A stretch of 41,422 nucleotides of DNA from an uncultured Mycoplasmatota bacterium (GCA_946630615.1 CAMOYX010000002.1:1-41422); one strand, 5' to 3'. Counted from the first letter of the stretch, positions 1 to 10,781 are shown. Numbers and translations: made by a program. Notes: a model not told the origin generated them from the letters alone.

Positions 1-8
1 TATAATTA

Positions 9-64
9 AAGAGTTAAGTGCATATAATGTGTGCACTTAAGATTTTAATTAACTCTTATTTTTA
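9..64 (+). terminator. Putative rho-independent terminator of a plus-strand gene lying upstream of the window
   Basis: Nested inverted repeats AAGAG(9-13)/CTCTT(53-57) and TTAAGTGCA(14-22)/TGCACTTAA(32-40), followed by TATTTTT. Confidence 0.45.
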
Positions 65-273
65 AAGTATTTTATAAATATTTTATTTTTATAAAAATTG
101 TTGTATAATTTACTAGTCAAAAATAAATATTTTGACTTAGTTTAAGATTAAAACGCTTTATATGTGATATTAATCGAACTAGAAATGGTTTGCTTTTTTA
201 TTGAATATTAAAGTACTAAATCTTATTAATGTTTGGATGAGCTAATTAAAAAAATTCTAAATTATAGAACACA

Positions 274-306
274 TAAAAAAAGAAAACTACTGATTATATC
301 AGTAGT
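274..306 (-). terminator. Rho-independent terminator of the 330..722 gene
   Basis: Perfect 9-bp stem ACTACTGAT(286-294)/ATCAGTAGT(298-306). The A-run at 275-286 on the plus strand gives a U-run on the minus-strand transcript. Confidence 0.7.
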
Positions 307-329
307 ATTTCTTGTGTTTAATTTGAATT

Positions 330-722
330 TTACTTTTCTTTTTTTGCTTGCATTAAGAAATATAGACCGCACAAATCTATAATAGCATCAAAAGATAAAG
401 CTCTTCCAGCTCCTTTAGTTGTAAAGAATGTTACTATACTACTAACAATACCTAGAACTAGAAGAATCATGTATAATGTTCCTTCGCTCTTACGGTCAGC
501 GACTCTTCTACAAAGCCAGAAATACCATAAGTTAAGTGCTACGTATACACCAGCAGCAATGTTTAATGATAACATTCCATCTTTGCCTAATCCTTCAGTA
601 AGTCCATCTTTAAGTTCAGGCATAAAGTTACATATAATAATTGCACCTATATATAGTATAGATACTATAATATATATCCAACTAAAAGATTTTAAGTTTT
701 CAAGTGGTGATTTTTTGCTCAT
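330..722 (-). CDS. Small integral membrane protein (130 aa, about 4 TM helices), function unknown
   Basis: Intact ORF with a strong SD (GGGGGTGA) 4 nt upstream of the ATG. Hydrophobic segments are WIYIIVSILYIGAIIICNF, LNIAAGVYVALNLWYFWL, LYMILLVLGIVSSIVTFF and IIDLCGLYFLM. TAA stop followed by a terminator. Confidence 0.65.
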   Translation of the reverse strand: MSKKSPLENLKSFSWIYIIVSILYIGAIIICNFMPELKDGLTEGLGKDGMLSLNIAAGVYVALNLWYFWLCRRVADRKSEGTLYMILLVLGIVSSIVTFFTTKGAGRALSFDAIIDLCGLYFLMQAKKEK

Positions 723-770
723 AATCTCACCCCCTTTCTTAAATATTTTAATTTGATTATATCATAAGTA

Positions 771-896
771 TCATTTAGTTTTTTCATTGTCTAATTTTGG
801 CAGAGTCATTGTGCTTTTGCAATATTCACAATTGCCTTTATGAGTATTGCTTATTGGAATTATATTTCCACCGCGCAATTTACATTTAAAGATCAT
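771..896 (-). CDS. Candidate 41-aa Cys/His small protein (MIFKCKLRGGNIIPISNTHKGNCEYCKSTMTLPKLDNEKTK)
   Basis: Not in the track because it is under the length cutoff. ATG at 896 is preceded by AGGTGA with 4-nt spacing. It has a C-x13-H-x3-C-x2-C pattern and ends in TGA, the only TGA stop in the window. Confidence 0.4.
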   Translation of the reverse strand: MIFKCKLRGGNIIPISNTHKGNCEYCKSTMTLPKLDNEKTK

Positions 897-943
897 AAAC
901 TTCACCTGGTTATATTGTATCATCTTTTATTAAAAAATAATAA

Positions 944-987
944 ATAAAAAAAATAGCATATAATTTTTTAAGTGCTATTCTTTTTTA
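944..987 (-). terminator. Weak, bidirectional-looking terminator after the 991..1389 frame
   Basis: Stem AATAGCA(952-958)/TGCTATT(973-979), flanked by an A-run (944-953) and a T-run (981-986). Confidence 0.4.
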
Positions 988-990
988 TTA

Positions 991-1389
991 TTAATCCATT
1001 ATAAACATAGACATATAATCTTCTATTTTATATGTTTTATCACTACCTTTTATAGTTACATATTGGTATGCGTTATTTTCTTCAGCTACTGGGAATACAT
1101 CGTCTGTCCACATTACTGAACCACGTTTAGTGATTTCTATATTACTTTCAGTACTTCCCCAAGACTTTGTAGTTCTAGTTACATTTATATAATCAAAACC
1201 ATAGTTAGTATGACCATTATCTTGTTTATAGATATAAGTTTCGTATGTAACTTCTCATGAGCCTCCATGAAATACTGATATGTAATTATCTGGTATAGTG
1301 TTATTATTCTTATTAATAAATAAAACTATAACTACTCCTAATATTATTATTATTGGAATAATAATTAATAATAGTTTATTATTTTTCAT
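991..1389 (-). pseudogene. Signal-anchored small protein frame (132 codons) interrupted by one in-frame TGA at codon 45 (plus-strand 1255-1257). Either a pseudogene or a TGA-sense gene
   Basis: ATG at 1389 follows SD AGGAGTGA. The N-terminal TM is LLLIIIPIIIILGVVIVLFI. The frame reads ...VFHGGS-TGA-EVTYETYIYKQDNG... and stays open to a TAA at 991-993. There is no ATG or SD after the TGA until codon 93. It is absent from the standard-code ORF track. Confidence 0.55.
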
Positions 1390-1401
1390 TAAACTCACTC
1401 C

Positions 1402-1440
1402 TGATTAATTTAATAATATTAATAATTATTAAATTAATCA
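1402..1440. repeat. Perfect 16-bp inverted repeat with a 7-nt spacer, immediately upstream of the SD of the 991..1389 frame
   Basis: TGATTAATTTAATAAT(1402-1417), spacer attaata, ATTATTAAATTAATCA(1425-1440). Read directly from the sequence. Confidence 0.8.
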
Positions 1441-1475
1441 TTAGTATATTTATATTCTTTACATTAAATTAATAA

Positions 1476-1504
1476 ATAAAAAAGCTATAAAATAGGTTAT
1501 AGCT
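1476..1504 (-). terminator. Rho-independent terminator of the 1506..1883 gene (end of the ATPase operon)
   Basis: Stem AGCTATAA(1483-1490)/TTATAGCT(1497-1504), with a plus-strand A-run at 1478-1483. Confidence 0.65.
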
Positions 1505-1505
1505 T

Positions 1506-1883
1506 TTAGTTTGCATTTACTATAGTTGGTGAACTAACATTGTTATTTGTATCTTTTATCCATACATAGTATTTTTTATTTGAATATATTGAAGTAGTTG
1601 CCATATTGTTATCTATATTTTTCCAACAAAGATTATTATCTTCTGGAGTAGATCTAGTTGATTTAACACAGAAAGATTTAGCATTACCTTTAGTTTTTAT
1701 TGTTAGTATATTATCTTTATATTCTAATGATTCTATGCTTGCAGAAATAACGTCTGTTTTAGCATAGTATGAATTACTTTCATAGTTTGGTAATAAGTTA
1801 AGTGCTAATACTCCTGAGAATACAACAAGTACAATTATACCTGCTACTATTATAAAAGAAGTTATATTGCTTTTACTACTCAT
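1506..1883 (-). CDS. Membrane-anchored protein of unknown function (125 aa), translationally coupled to the ATPase gene
   Basis: The ATG at 1883 lies 1 nt after the ATPase stop at 1885-1887. The N-terminal TM is FIIVAGIIVLVVFSGVLALNLL. The Ser/Asn-rich C-terminal domain has two Cys residues. Confidence 0.6.
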   Translation of the reverse strand: MSSKSNITSFIIVAGIIVLVVFSGVLALNLLPNYESNSYYAKTDVISASIESLEYKDNILTIKTKGNAKSFCVKSTRSTPEDNNLCWKNIDNNMATTSIYSNKKYYVWIKDTNNNVSSPTIVNAN

Positions 1884-1884
1884 A

Positions 1885-4506
<2,622 letters not shown>

Positions 4507-4518
4507 GTTTATTCCTTT

Positions 4519-4701
4519 CTATTTTGTTAGTAGGTATGATGAGATGAATAATGCTATCATTCCTAGTATTAATAATATTATAAATATTGTTATTACATTT
4601 ATAAATATATATTTTTTATTACTTTGTAGTGGTGAGCCACAGTTTCTACAGAATGTATCCGTTTCTCGTACATCAAAGTTACAGTTTATACATTTTTTCA
4701 T
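4519..4701 (-). CDS. Zinc-ribbon plus single-TM small protein (60 aa)
   Basis: CINC-x12-CRNC zinc ribbon, followed by the TM segment IFINVITIFIILLILGMIALFISSYLL. The ATG at 4701 lies 2 nt after the upstream stop. Confidence 0.6.
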   Translation of the reverse strand: MKKCINCNFDVRETDTFCRNCGSPLQSNKKYIFINVITIFIILLILGMIALFISSYLLTK

Positions 4702-4703
4702 TA

Positions 4704-5876
4704 TTAACCTCTTAGATTCTCGTTAATTATATTAATAATCTCTCTTGAAGTATCTTTTAGATTGTCGTTATTAATATAGTAGTCATGAATAGCTTCTGCT
4801 ATTGTTTCATCATATATTATGTTATTATCATTATCTTTTATAGATGCATACTTAGAAATACTAGAAGCAAATTCTTCTAGAGTTAAGTTAGTATTATATT
4901 TATTATTATAATTTAATAGAGATGCTTCTAGTATTTCTTTAGAGTGTGTACCTTTTTCATATTCATCTATTATATTATTTATTAATTCATAGTTATCTTT
5001 TGTAACTAGAGTTATATCATTTATATTATTATCTTTTAATAAAGTCATAAATGATATGTAGTGTCCTAGTTCGTGAGCTATTGTTGAATACCATGTAGCG
5101 TTTTCTACATAGAATTTAGTACCTACTACATCTTCTACATTTTTATTTAATATATCTTTATTTAAGAAGTAGTAACTATTTAATAGTATTTGAGTTTTAT
5201 TAACTTTATTATATAGATTTATATCTTCATCAATATTAACAAATTGATACATTGGTTGAAAACGTGCGATGTATTCATTAGTTGTTTTAGCATTAGATAT
5301 TGTTATATTTGTAAGTGCACCTTTTATATTTGGAAATAAAATATACATTTTATCTATTACTTCTTTAATAGAATTAGCTTCTTTTAGAGACATATCACAG
5401 AAAGATACTGAAGATATACCATAGTCTTCTTCTATAGTATGTGCTACTACACTTACTTCAATATCATTAAAACAATAGTAGTCTTGATCTTCAGTATCTT
5501 TTTTTATTATTGATAATGCATCTTCTTTAGAGTCTATTGTTTCTTTATTATATTTATTTTCTGTATTTAATAGTGTTGTTTTAAAGCCATATATATAGTT
5601 TAGAGATTCTTTTTTTAGATAGTAAAATGGTTTAAAAAGACTTTCTCCTCTTATAGAAATCATTAATAGAAATGTTAATATTGCTATTAGTAGTAAAGTT
5701 ATTAGAATATTTAATTTACTTCTTTGTTTATATGTATTACCATTTATTATTTTATTTACGTTATTTTCATCTTGTAATAATTTATATCCTTTTCCTGTAT
5801 AGCATCCACATTGATAACAGAAATTATCATCAGTTTCTATTTCAGTAGCGTTACAACTTTGATTTAAACATTTCAT
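4704..5876 (-). CDS. Membrane-anchored putative zinc metallopeptidase: N-terminal zinc ribbon, TM, then an extracytoplasmic domain with HEXXH
   Basis: 390 aa. N-terminus has C-x4-C...CYQC. TM is LNILITLLLIAILTFLLMISI. The motif AHELGH is encoded at plus-strand 5061-5078. Confidence 0.65.
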   Translation of the reverse strand: MKCLNQSCNATEIETDDNFCYQCGCYTGKGYKLLQDENNVNKIINGNTYKQRSKLNILITLLLIAILTFLLMISIRGESLFKPFYYLKKESLNYIYGFKTTLLNTENKYNKETIDSKEDALSIIKKDTEDQDYYCFNDIEVSVVAHTIEEDYGISSVSFCDMSLKEANSIKEVIDKMYILFPNIKGALTNITISNAKTTNEYIARFQPMYQFVNIDEDINLYNKVNKTQILLNSYYFLNKDILNKNVEDVVGTKFYVENATWYSTIAHELGHYISFMTLLKDNNINDITLVTKDNYELINNIIDEYEKGTHSKEILEASLLNYNNKYNTNLTLEEFASSISKYASIKDNDNNIIYDETIAEAIHDYYINNDNLKDTSREIINIINENLRG

Positions 5877-5927
5877 ATTATCACCACTTTACTATTTTCT
5901 ATCCTTATTAATTTTAACATATTAATT

Positions 5928-5960
5928 TAAAAAAAAGTATTATTCTTGGAATAATACTTT
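5928..5960 (-). terminator. Rho-independent terminator overlapping the natB-like stop codon
   Basis: 10-bp stem AGTATTATTC(5936-5945)/GAATAATACT(5949-5958), with a plus-strand A-run at 5929-5936. Confidence 0.65.
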
Positions 5961-7106
5961 TTCTGATTTATATTGTATAGATATTATTTTTAGAATTATT
6001 ATTGAATAAATTATTGTTGATATTAACATTAATCCTAGATTTATTAATAAATCTGTATTAATGGTATTTGTTTCAAATACTTGTTCTAGTAACATTGTAT
6101 GATTTATTACAGGTATTAAAGCTAAGATGTGATTTAATTTGATTTCTATTTGTTCTAAAAACATTGGTATAAGTGTAACCATGCTTACTGGAGTTAGGGA
6201 AGATTGTGCCTCTTTGTAAGTCTTTGATAAAGAAGCAATAGCAATACAAGCTCCACTTACAAACATAGAATAGGCAACCATGATTAATAAACCAAGTGAA
6301 ATATTAACTACGTTAAATGTTAGGTTACTACCGTTATAAATTGAGAAGTTAGACATGGCTATTTTAAATGATAGAACTATTAGTATAGTAGATATAATAG
6401 ATGTTACTATACAAGATATTACTATAGCTAAGTACTTACCAGTTACTAAGTCTTTACTCTTTATTGGGAATGTAAGTAAAGTTTCAAGTGTTCCTCTTTC
6501 TTTTTCTCCTGCAGTAGAATCTGTAGCACAGTAGATAGCAGTTAGAGATATTGCCATGATGGCAAATATAAATCCTACAACTACAAGGGATGTTTGTAGT
6601 TCACTATCACCTTCTATAGAATCTAATTCATATTCTACTTGGGTATTAAATTCCACTGGATTAATATTATTATTAATTAAGTATTCATTTTCTTTATATT
6701 TTTTATATGTTTCTAAGTATGTTACAAAGCTATTTGTAGCGTATGCTCCATCTTTCATATTATTATTTGCGTGTAATATATATTTATTATTTTCATCTTT
6801 TACTACGTATAGAGGAATTTCCTTGTTATCGTATGCTTTTATTAGAGAATCTTCATCGTTATATTCGATTATCTCTAGATTAGTATTATTTAATAGTTCT
6901 TTTTCTTCTCTATTCATAGTGTAGTTTATACCTACTTTATATATATCTTCTTTATCTTTAACATATAAATCATCATATAAATATGAATATAGAAGAATAA
7001 ATACTGGTATCATTAACGGAGTTAATAACATTATTAATAGAGATTTTTTATCTCTTATTATTGCTCTTAGTTCTTTTTTTATTGTTATTAGAATAGCATT
7101 ATTCAT
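5940..7106 (-). CDS. natB: ABC-2 type exporter permease, NatB-like
   Basis: 388 aa. It has an N-terminal TM, a large extracytoplasmic loop and 5 C-terminal TMs. It overlaps the upstream ABC ATPase gene by 8 nt. Size and pairing match Bacillus NatAB. Confidence 0.7.
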   Translation of the reverse strand: MNNAILITIKKELRAIIRDKKSLLIMLLTPLMIPVFILLYSYLYDDLYVKDKEDIYKVGINYTMNREEKELLNNTNLEIIEYNDEDSLIKAYDNKEIPLYVVKDENNKYILHANNNMKDGAYATNSFVTYLETYKKYKENEYLINNNINPVEFNTQVEYELDSIEGDSELQTSLVVVGFIFAIMAISLTAIYCATDSTAGEKERGTLETLLTFPIKSKDLVTGKYLAIVISCIVTSIISTILIVLSFKIAMSNFSIYNGSNLTFNVVNISLGLLIMVAYSMFVSGACIAIASLSKTYKEAQSSLTPVSMVTLIPMFLEQIEIKLNHILALIPVINHTMLLEQVFETNTINTDLLINLGLMLISTIIYSIIILKIISIQYKSEKVLFQE

Positions 7107-7854
7107 TTTTAGTACCTCCTATTAGATTAAAGAATGCATCTCTTAAGTTAGTAGTATTTGTATATTCTTCTATTTCTTTTGGAGTTCCTTTTTTAATTAT
7201 CTTTCCTTTATGAATCATTACTATATCATCACAGATGTTTTCAGCTTCTTCCATATAGTGTGTAGAGTATATTATACATTTACCTTTTTCTTTTTCTTTT
7301 TTAATAAAGTTTAGTATTATTTGACTTAATATAATATCTAGGCCACTTGTAGCTTCATCTAGAATGTAATACTTTGGATCATGAATAACACATCTAGCTA
7401 AGCCTACTCTTTGAGTTTGACCTGTAGATAAGTTACCTATTTTTTGATATAAAAATGAATCCATATCAAATTCTTTAGATAGTTCTTTTATTCTAGTTTC
7501 TAGGGTATTCTTTTCTATCTTATAGTAATTGCCACACATCTTTAATAGTTCATATGGAGAGATATCTTTATATAGTTTAGTATTACCACTTAAGAATGCT
7601 ATATTACTTTTAATTTCTATTTCATTATCTTTATAATTTAATTTATCAAAAGTAATAGTACCTTTAGTAGGTTTCATGATACCTGCTATCATTCTTAGAA
7701 GTGTTGTTTTACCTGCTCCGTTTGGGCCTAATATTCCTATTATTTTTCCTTCTTTAGCAGTAAATGTTATATTATCATCTGCTAGGAATGTTTCTTTTTT
7801 TCTTTTAGTTATGTATTTTTCAAATTCTTTAGTAATTCCTTTTATTTCTATCAT
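7099..7854 (-). CDS. natA: ABC transporter ATP-binding protein, NatA-like
   Basis: Walker A GPNGAGKTT, signature LSTGQ, Walker B ILDEATSGLD, and an H-loop. The track ORF starts at 7932. I trimmed it to MIEIKGITKEF (ATG 7854), preceded by AAAGGA, which also removes the overlap with the upstream gene. Confidence 0.85.
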   Translation of the reverse strand: MIEIKGITKEFEKYITKRKKETFLADDNITFTAKEGKIIGILGPNGAGKTTLLRMIAGIMKPTKGTITFDKLNYKDNEIEIKSNIAFLSGNTKLYKDISPYELLKMCGNYYKIEKNTLETRIKELSKEFDMDSFLYQKIGNLSTGQTQRVGLARCVIHDPKYYILDEATSGLDIILSQIILNFIKKEKEKGKCIIYSTHYMEEAENICDDIVMIHKGKIIKKGTPKEIEEYTNTTNLRDAFFNLIGGTKNE

Positions 7855-7870
7855 GTTTAATCCTTTCTTG

Positions 7871-8377
7871 TTATATAAAATCAATTTTAATATCTTTAGC
7901 GTTATCCATAGATTCCATGAATTCTTTTGCACTTATATTGTATTTAGGTTTTTTATATTCTTTTAATTCTAGATTAGATATATCGTTATTATAATCTTTT
8001 AAAAAGTTTATAATTACATCTTTTAATAGAGAGTTAATATCATCATATTCTCTTATTCCTTTTAAATCTTCCCATGAGTGTTCAAACCAATAATATTTAT
8101 TATTTAGTTTATATGTTAGGAATGTATGTGTTGGGTTTTTAATATTGTCATATAAGACTAGATAGTATGTTTTTATATCTAAGTCTTTTAGTAAGTATCT
8201 TTCTAGTTCTACTTGATCCCAACATACACCTAATTTTGTATTTAATAGAGACTCTGGAGACTGTAAGATGTAGTTATCGTAGAACTTATCAAAGTCATCT
8301 ATGTGTTTATTACCATCTTTATCTAAATAGCCATAGTTAATAGTATCCATTAGTTTCATTACTTCATTTATATTCAT
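7871..8377 (-). CDS. Hypothetical protein (168 aa), possibly with a transglutaminase-like/papain-like Cys-His fold
   Basis: Intact ORF with its own extended -10 (TGTATAAT) and SD (GGGAG). The motif order GVCWDQVELERYL ... THTFL ... WFEHSWED resembles a transglutaminase-core Cys/His/acid arrangement. The fold assignment is speculative. Confidence 0.5.
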   Translation of the reverse strand: MNINEVMKLMDTINYGYLDKDGNKHIDDFDKFYDNYILQSPESLLNTKLGVCWDQVELERYLLKDLDIKTYYLVLYDNIKNPTHTFLTYKLNNKYYWFEHSWEDLKGIREYDDINSLLKDVIINFLKDYNNDISNLELKEYKKPKYNISAKEFMESMDNAKDIKIDFI

Positions 8378-8426
8378 ATGTTACTCCCTATTTTAATTAT
8401 ACATTAAAAATATAAAAAACAGATTA

Positions 8427-8882
8427 TTAATCTGCTTTTAGTATTTCTATTAAAGATATGTAACCCTTTTTATCGTAGGTTAATAAGATATCGTATTGAT
8501 TTAGTGTTTCTTCTTTAATAGTATTAATTAATTTTTCTACTTCTTCTTTTGAAGTTATTTCATTATTGTATTTTATAGTTATAGGTTTAGGTTTTTTCTT
8601 ACTTAGATTATCAGTTACCTTATTTAAAAGAGATAATACTCCTCTTTTAGTTTGGAAACCACTATAGGATTCATATACTTGGTTATATCTTACTTTATTC
8701 ATATATGTTAATTGTGAATAAGCTCCATATATTATAAGTGAGAATATTATAGTTATTATTATAAAAAATATTCTAGTTATCTTTTTATATTGTTTACCAT
8801 GTAATTCTATAAACTCTTGTAATACATCTTCTTTAGTTGGTGGTGTTAAAGTATCTTCTAAATAGTCCTTATTATCATTCAT
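8427..8882 (-). CDS. Hypothetical single-TM protein (151 aa)
   Basis: Intact ORF with a central TM (IFFIIITIIFSLIIYGAYSQL). Its terminator hairpin overlaps the stop codon. Confidence 0.55.
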   Translation of the reverse strand: MNDNKDYLEDTLTPPTKEDVLQEFIELHGKQYKKITRIFFIIITIIFSLIIYGAYSQLTYMNKVRYNQVYESYSGFQTKRGVLSLLNKVTDNLSKKKPKPITIKYNNEITSKEEVEKLINTIKEETLNQYDILLTYDKKGYISLIEILKAD

Positions 8883-8903
8883 ATATATACCTCTTTATCT
8901 AGA

Positions 8904-9554
8904 TTATAGCATAATATTTCTTGTTTTATTAATCTCTTTTATTAGGACTTCATACCAGATTAAGATATTATCAGATAGTTCTTTTTCATCTCCAATATTT
9001 TTATCAAATAGTATTTTTTCTTTAGCGTCATCTAATATTTTATGTATTTCTAATGATTCTTCATGTGTTATTTCTTTTAGTTTATTAGTATTAGTCCATT
9101 CTAGTAGTTTATTTTTAATTCCTTCATAATCTTTTTTAACAATCTTATATGAATCAAATGAAAGGGCCTTATTAATGTATTCTATCGTTTTGTTTATTAT
9201 TTCATTTATGTTTTTTTCTTCTCTTGCTAGCACTTCTAATTGTTCTATCCAAATATATGCATCTTCCATATATATTCCTTTTGTACTTAGGTATTTACCA
9301 TCTAAGTCATATAAAATATCAGAATACTTTTTTAATGTGGTGTTGTCTATAAAACTTAGTGTTCTTTCATCTTCATAACTAATTGCCCATTCTATTATTT
9401 GATTAAGAGTTTCTGTTATAAGAGAGTGATCTTCTTTATATGGTTCAAATTTTGAGCCAATGGCAAGTGGTGTTATTAATCTTTGAAACATATAGTTAAT
9501 TTCACGATCATTATAATTTGCATCATATTCTATTATTAATTTTCGTTCACTCAT
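8904..9554 (-). CDS. Hypothetical all-helical acidic protein (216 aa)
   Basis: Intact ORF, co-directional and closely spaced within the tdk operon. I recognise no motif. Confidence 0.55.
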   Translation of the reverse strand: MSERKLIIEYDANYNDREINYMFQRLITPLAIGSKFEPYKEDHSLITETLNQIIEWAISYEDERTLSFIDNTTLKKYSDILYDLDGKYLSTKGIYMEDAYIWIEQLEVLAREEKNINEIINKTIEYINKALSFDSYKIVKKDYEGIKNKLLEWTNTNKLKEITHEESLEIHKILDDAKEKILFDKNIGDEKELSDNILIWYEVLIKEINKTRNIML

Positions 9555-9565
9555 ATTACTCTCCT

Positions 9566-10153
9566 TTACAAATAATATTCATCCTTTTCATATACTCCAT
9601 CTTGTTTTTGATAGTAGTTTATTACTTTTCTTTTAGTGTTTCTTTTATTAAATAAAGTTTTAATACTATTTATTATTAATCTATGTTCTTCTTTATAATA
9701 ATTAGTTTCAAATATATATCTTTCTTTATTCTTAAAATAGATTATTATGATAGGTTCAATATCTTTTAAATCATTTAAGGTTACTCCTTTAAAGAATTCT
9801 ATTGGAGATTTAATAGATTCTTTTAGAGTTATTTCATGTCTATTATTAGTTAAGAAATTATATTTTTTTAAATTATCAGTTATTTTATCTTTAAAGTCTT
9901 TTTTTGATAGTTTCTTTTTTACAAATTCTTTATTATTAATACTTTCTAATAAAGCATCTTCTATACCAAGAAAATAGTTATTAGATGGATTAACATAGTC
10001 TTCTAAACATATACCAACAATATCATCATAGTTATAACTAGATAACTGTGCTTTTTGGGTTTTATTCTCGTTTTTCTTTTTAAAGAAGTAGTTAATATCT
10101 ACAATAGTTATTGGTATGTAGAATAAAATTGTTAATATTAGGCCTTTAATCAT
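9566..10153 (-). CDS. Hypothetical N-terminally anchored protein (195 aa), translationally coupled to tdk
   Basis: The start overlaps the tdk stop by 8 nt (ATGATTAA). The N-terminal TM is LILTILFYIPITIV. Confidence 0.55.
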   Translation of the reverse strand: MIKGLILTILFYIPITIVDINYFFKKKNENKTQKAQLSSYNYDDIVGICLEDYVNPSNNYFLGIEDALLESINNKEFVKKKLSKKDFKDKITDNLKKYNFLTNNRHEITLKESIKSPIEFFKGVTLNDLKDIEPIIIIYFKNKERYIFETNYYKEEHRLIINSIKTLFNKRNTKRKVINYYQKQDGVYEKDEYYL

Positions 10154-10781
10154 AGCGAATCTTTTTTAAAGTCTTTACGGCATTCTTTGTAATGCTTTCT
10201 TTTACTTCTATAAAGTCGTTATAATAACATTCTGGGCATCTTGCTTCGTATGTTATATTCTTTACTTTTCCGTCTATCTCGACTTGTTCTCCATCTCTTG
10301 TAGGTACTCCATCTATTAATCTTTCGTTATATTTAGCTTTTCTTCCACATCTACATATAGTTACCATTTCTTCAAAGACGCTGGCTTTTTCAAAGAATTT
10401 TATAGATGCAGGAAATGCGTTACCTTTGAAGTCTGTTCTTAGGCCATAGGCAATTACTGGTAGGTCAAAGTCTATAGTTACTTGTTCTAGTTCTTCTACT
10501 TGTATTGGCTCTAGAAACTGTGCTTCATCTACTATTACACATGATACTTTATTTTTATACTCATTAATTATTTTATATAGGTTATCTTCTTTATTAGCTA
10601 GTATATCTACTTCTCTTTCTATACCTATTCTTGCTGATACTTTTTTATCTGCTTTAGTGTCTTTTGATGGTTTAATTAGTAGTACTTTCATACCTCTTTC
10701 TTCGTAGTTATGTGCTACTTGTAGTAAGGCTGTTGTTTTACCGCAGTTCATACATCCATATCTAAAGTATAGTTTACTCAT
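10146..10781 (-). CDS. tdk: Thymidine kinase
   Basis: P-loop GCMNCGKTT, VIVDEAQF, and zinc-binding CRCG...CPEC motifs. 211 aa. Confidence 0.92.
   Translation of the reverse strand: MSKLYFRYGCMNCGKTTALLQVAHNYEERGMKVLLIKPSKDTKADKKVSARIGIEREVDILANKEDNLYKIINEYKNKVSCVIVDEAQFLEPIQVEELEQVTIDFDLPVIAYGLRTDFKGNAFPASIKFFEKASVFEEMVTICRCGRKAKYNERLIDGVPTRDGEQVEIDGKVKNITYEARCPECYYNDFIEVKESITKNAVKTLKKIRYD

Noticed and set aside
102-200. Plus-strand TGTATAAT promoter-like element, followed by a GTCAAAA/TTTTGAC hairpin (116-136) and a later CTTTTTT run, considered as a possible second sRNA.
   Set aside because: There is no convincing -35 element and no stable stem in front of the T-run. Chance -10-like hexamers are expected in DNA this AT-rich.
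1238-1257. Selenocysteine insertion at the in-frame TGA of the 991-1389 frame. A small AAGTT/AACTT hairpin follows the codon.
   Set aside because: The stem is only 5 bp and entirely AT-rich, with no SECIS-like loop. The protein is a small extracytoplasmic anchored protein with no redox motif. No sel genes are visible in the window.
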